From: an uncultured Bacillota bacterium
Lineage (GTDB): Bacteria; Bacillota; DTU025; MWDF01
Length of the DNA: 64,000 bases
Reading direction: 5' to 3'
NCBI GenBank assembly: GCA_963823655.1
Contig: CAWGMK010000006.1
Location: 288,001-352,000, forward strand
How positions within the stretch are numbered: position 1 is the first letter of the stretch; every line of letters starts with the position of its first letter. The translations under genes were made by a program, and so were the position numbers. This document shows, piece by piece, positions 63,646-64,000 of this stretch. The notes under the pieces were generated by a model, which saw only the letters and a program-made list of their open reading frames with translations, made no database searches and was not told the DNA's origin.

Positions 63646-64000
63646 TCAGGGCATTTCTTGCAGGGCTGTTGGCCAGACGGGATAGTACATCAGCCATTGT
63701 TGTGGGGCGCGCAAGATAAATCTTTCTGCGCATGATAACACAATCTCGGCGTTATTCTCCATTTCGGTTTTTAAGTCCGGGTCAGGTTTCATGTGGATTG
63801 GCTCGGAAATATCGACCAGATAATTTCCAGTAGAATTTCGGATCACGGCTGCCACGATGATCGGTACATTTACCTTCAAGGCCAGGCGGACATGCGTAAC
63901 CGGTAAATCCGCGGGAATACGAAAGAAGCGCGGATGATAATTGGCGTTTGCTATCGGGCGATCTAATCCAGTCAGAACCAGGCCACCTTTGCGCAGGCGT
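63646..64000 (-). CDS. Lysophospholipid / lipid A lauroyl-type acyltransferase (5' end off the window)
   Basis: VLTGLDRP, RFFRIPADLPVTHVRLALK and ILRAPQQWLMYYPVW. Confidence 0.8.
   Translation of the reverse strand, partial: RLRKGGLVLTGLDRPIANANYHPRFFRIPADLPVTHVRLALKVNVPIIVAAVIRNSTGNYLVDISEPIHMKPDPDLKTEMENNAEIVLSCAERFILRAPQQWLMYYPVWPTALQEMP

Noticed and set aside
1-64000. CRISPR array, rRNA or prophage genes
   Set aside because: No regularly spaced repeats, rRNA-like sequence or phage structural genes were seen.

Overview
The window joins two unrelated genomes at about 48,083 and is full of single-base indels, so split ORFs are treated as sequencing frameshifts rather than true pseudogenes. 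Positions 1-46.6 kb look like a GC-moderate Bacillota (Firmicutes)-type bacterium. This part holds four tandem secreted C69 dipeptidases, a DUF6305/DctM-like permease/M14 deacylase operon, DUF1015-trpB2, rplM-rpsI, a TPP-riboswitch thiXYZ operon, two ABC-F ATPases, alaX, yigZ, lemA/TPM, mobA-folE2, aspB-mtnP-mtaD, three tRNAs, tandem mgtE and dnaE. Positions 46.6-48.1 kb are an AT-rich, error-laden stretch after tRNA-Leu. Positions 48.1-64 kb look like Chloroflexota (Anaerolineae-like): the dcw cluster, protealysin-emfourin, a large S8/FN3 protease and lipid genes. The best hidden signals are below or outside the ORF track. (1) A WGWR leader peptide and attenuator precede a DUF1015-TrpB2 operon, which suggests a serine-kinase-fed indole salvage route. 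(2) A Phe/Tyr-rich leader peptide with a nested antiterminator precedes a secreted dipeptidase. (3) An MgtL-like MESDP leader precedes mgtE-mgtE. (4) An MRR micro-uORF riboregulator precedes an antibiotic-resistance-like ABC-F. (5) A secreted beta-propeller has an in-frame CxxTGA followed by a SECIS-like hairpin, making it a candidate selenoprotein. All assignments were made by eye; no database searches or folding programs were run.
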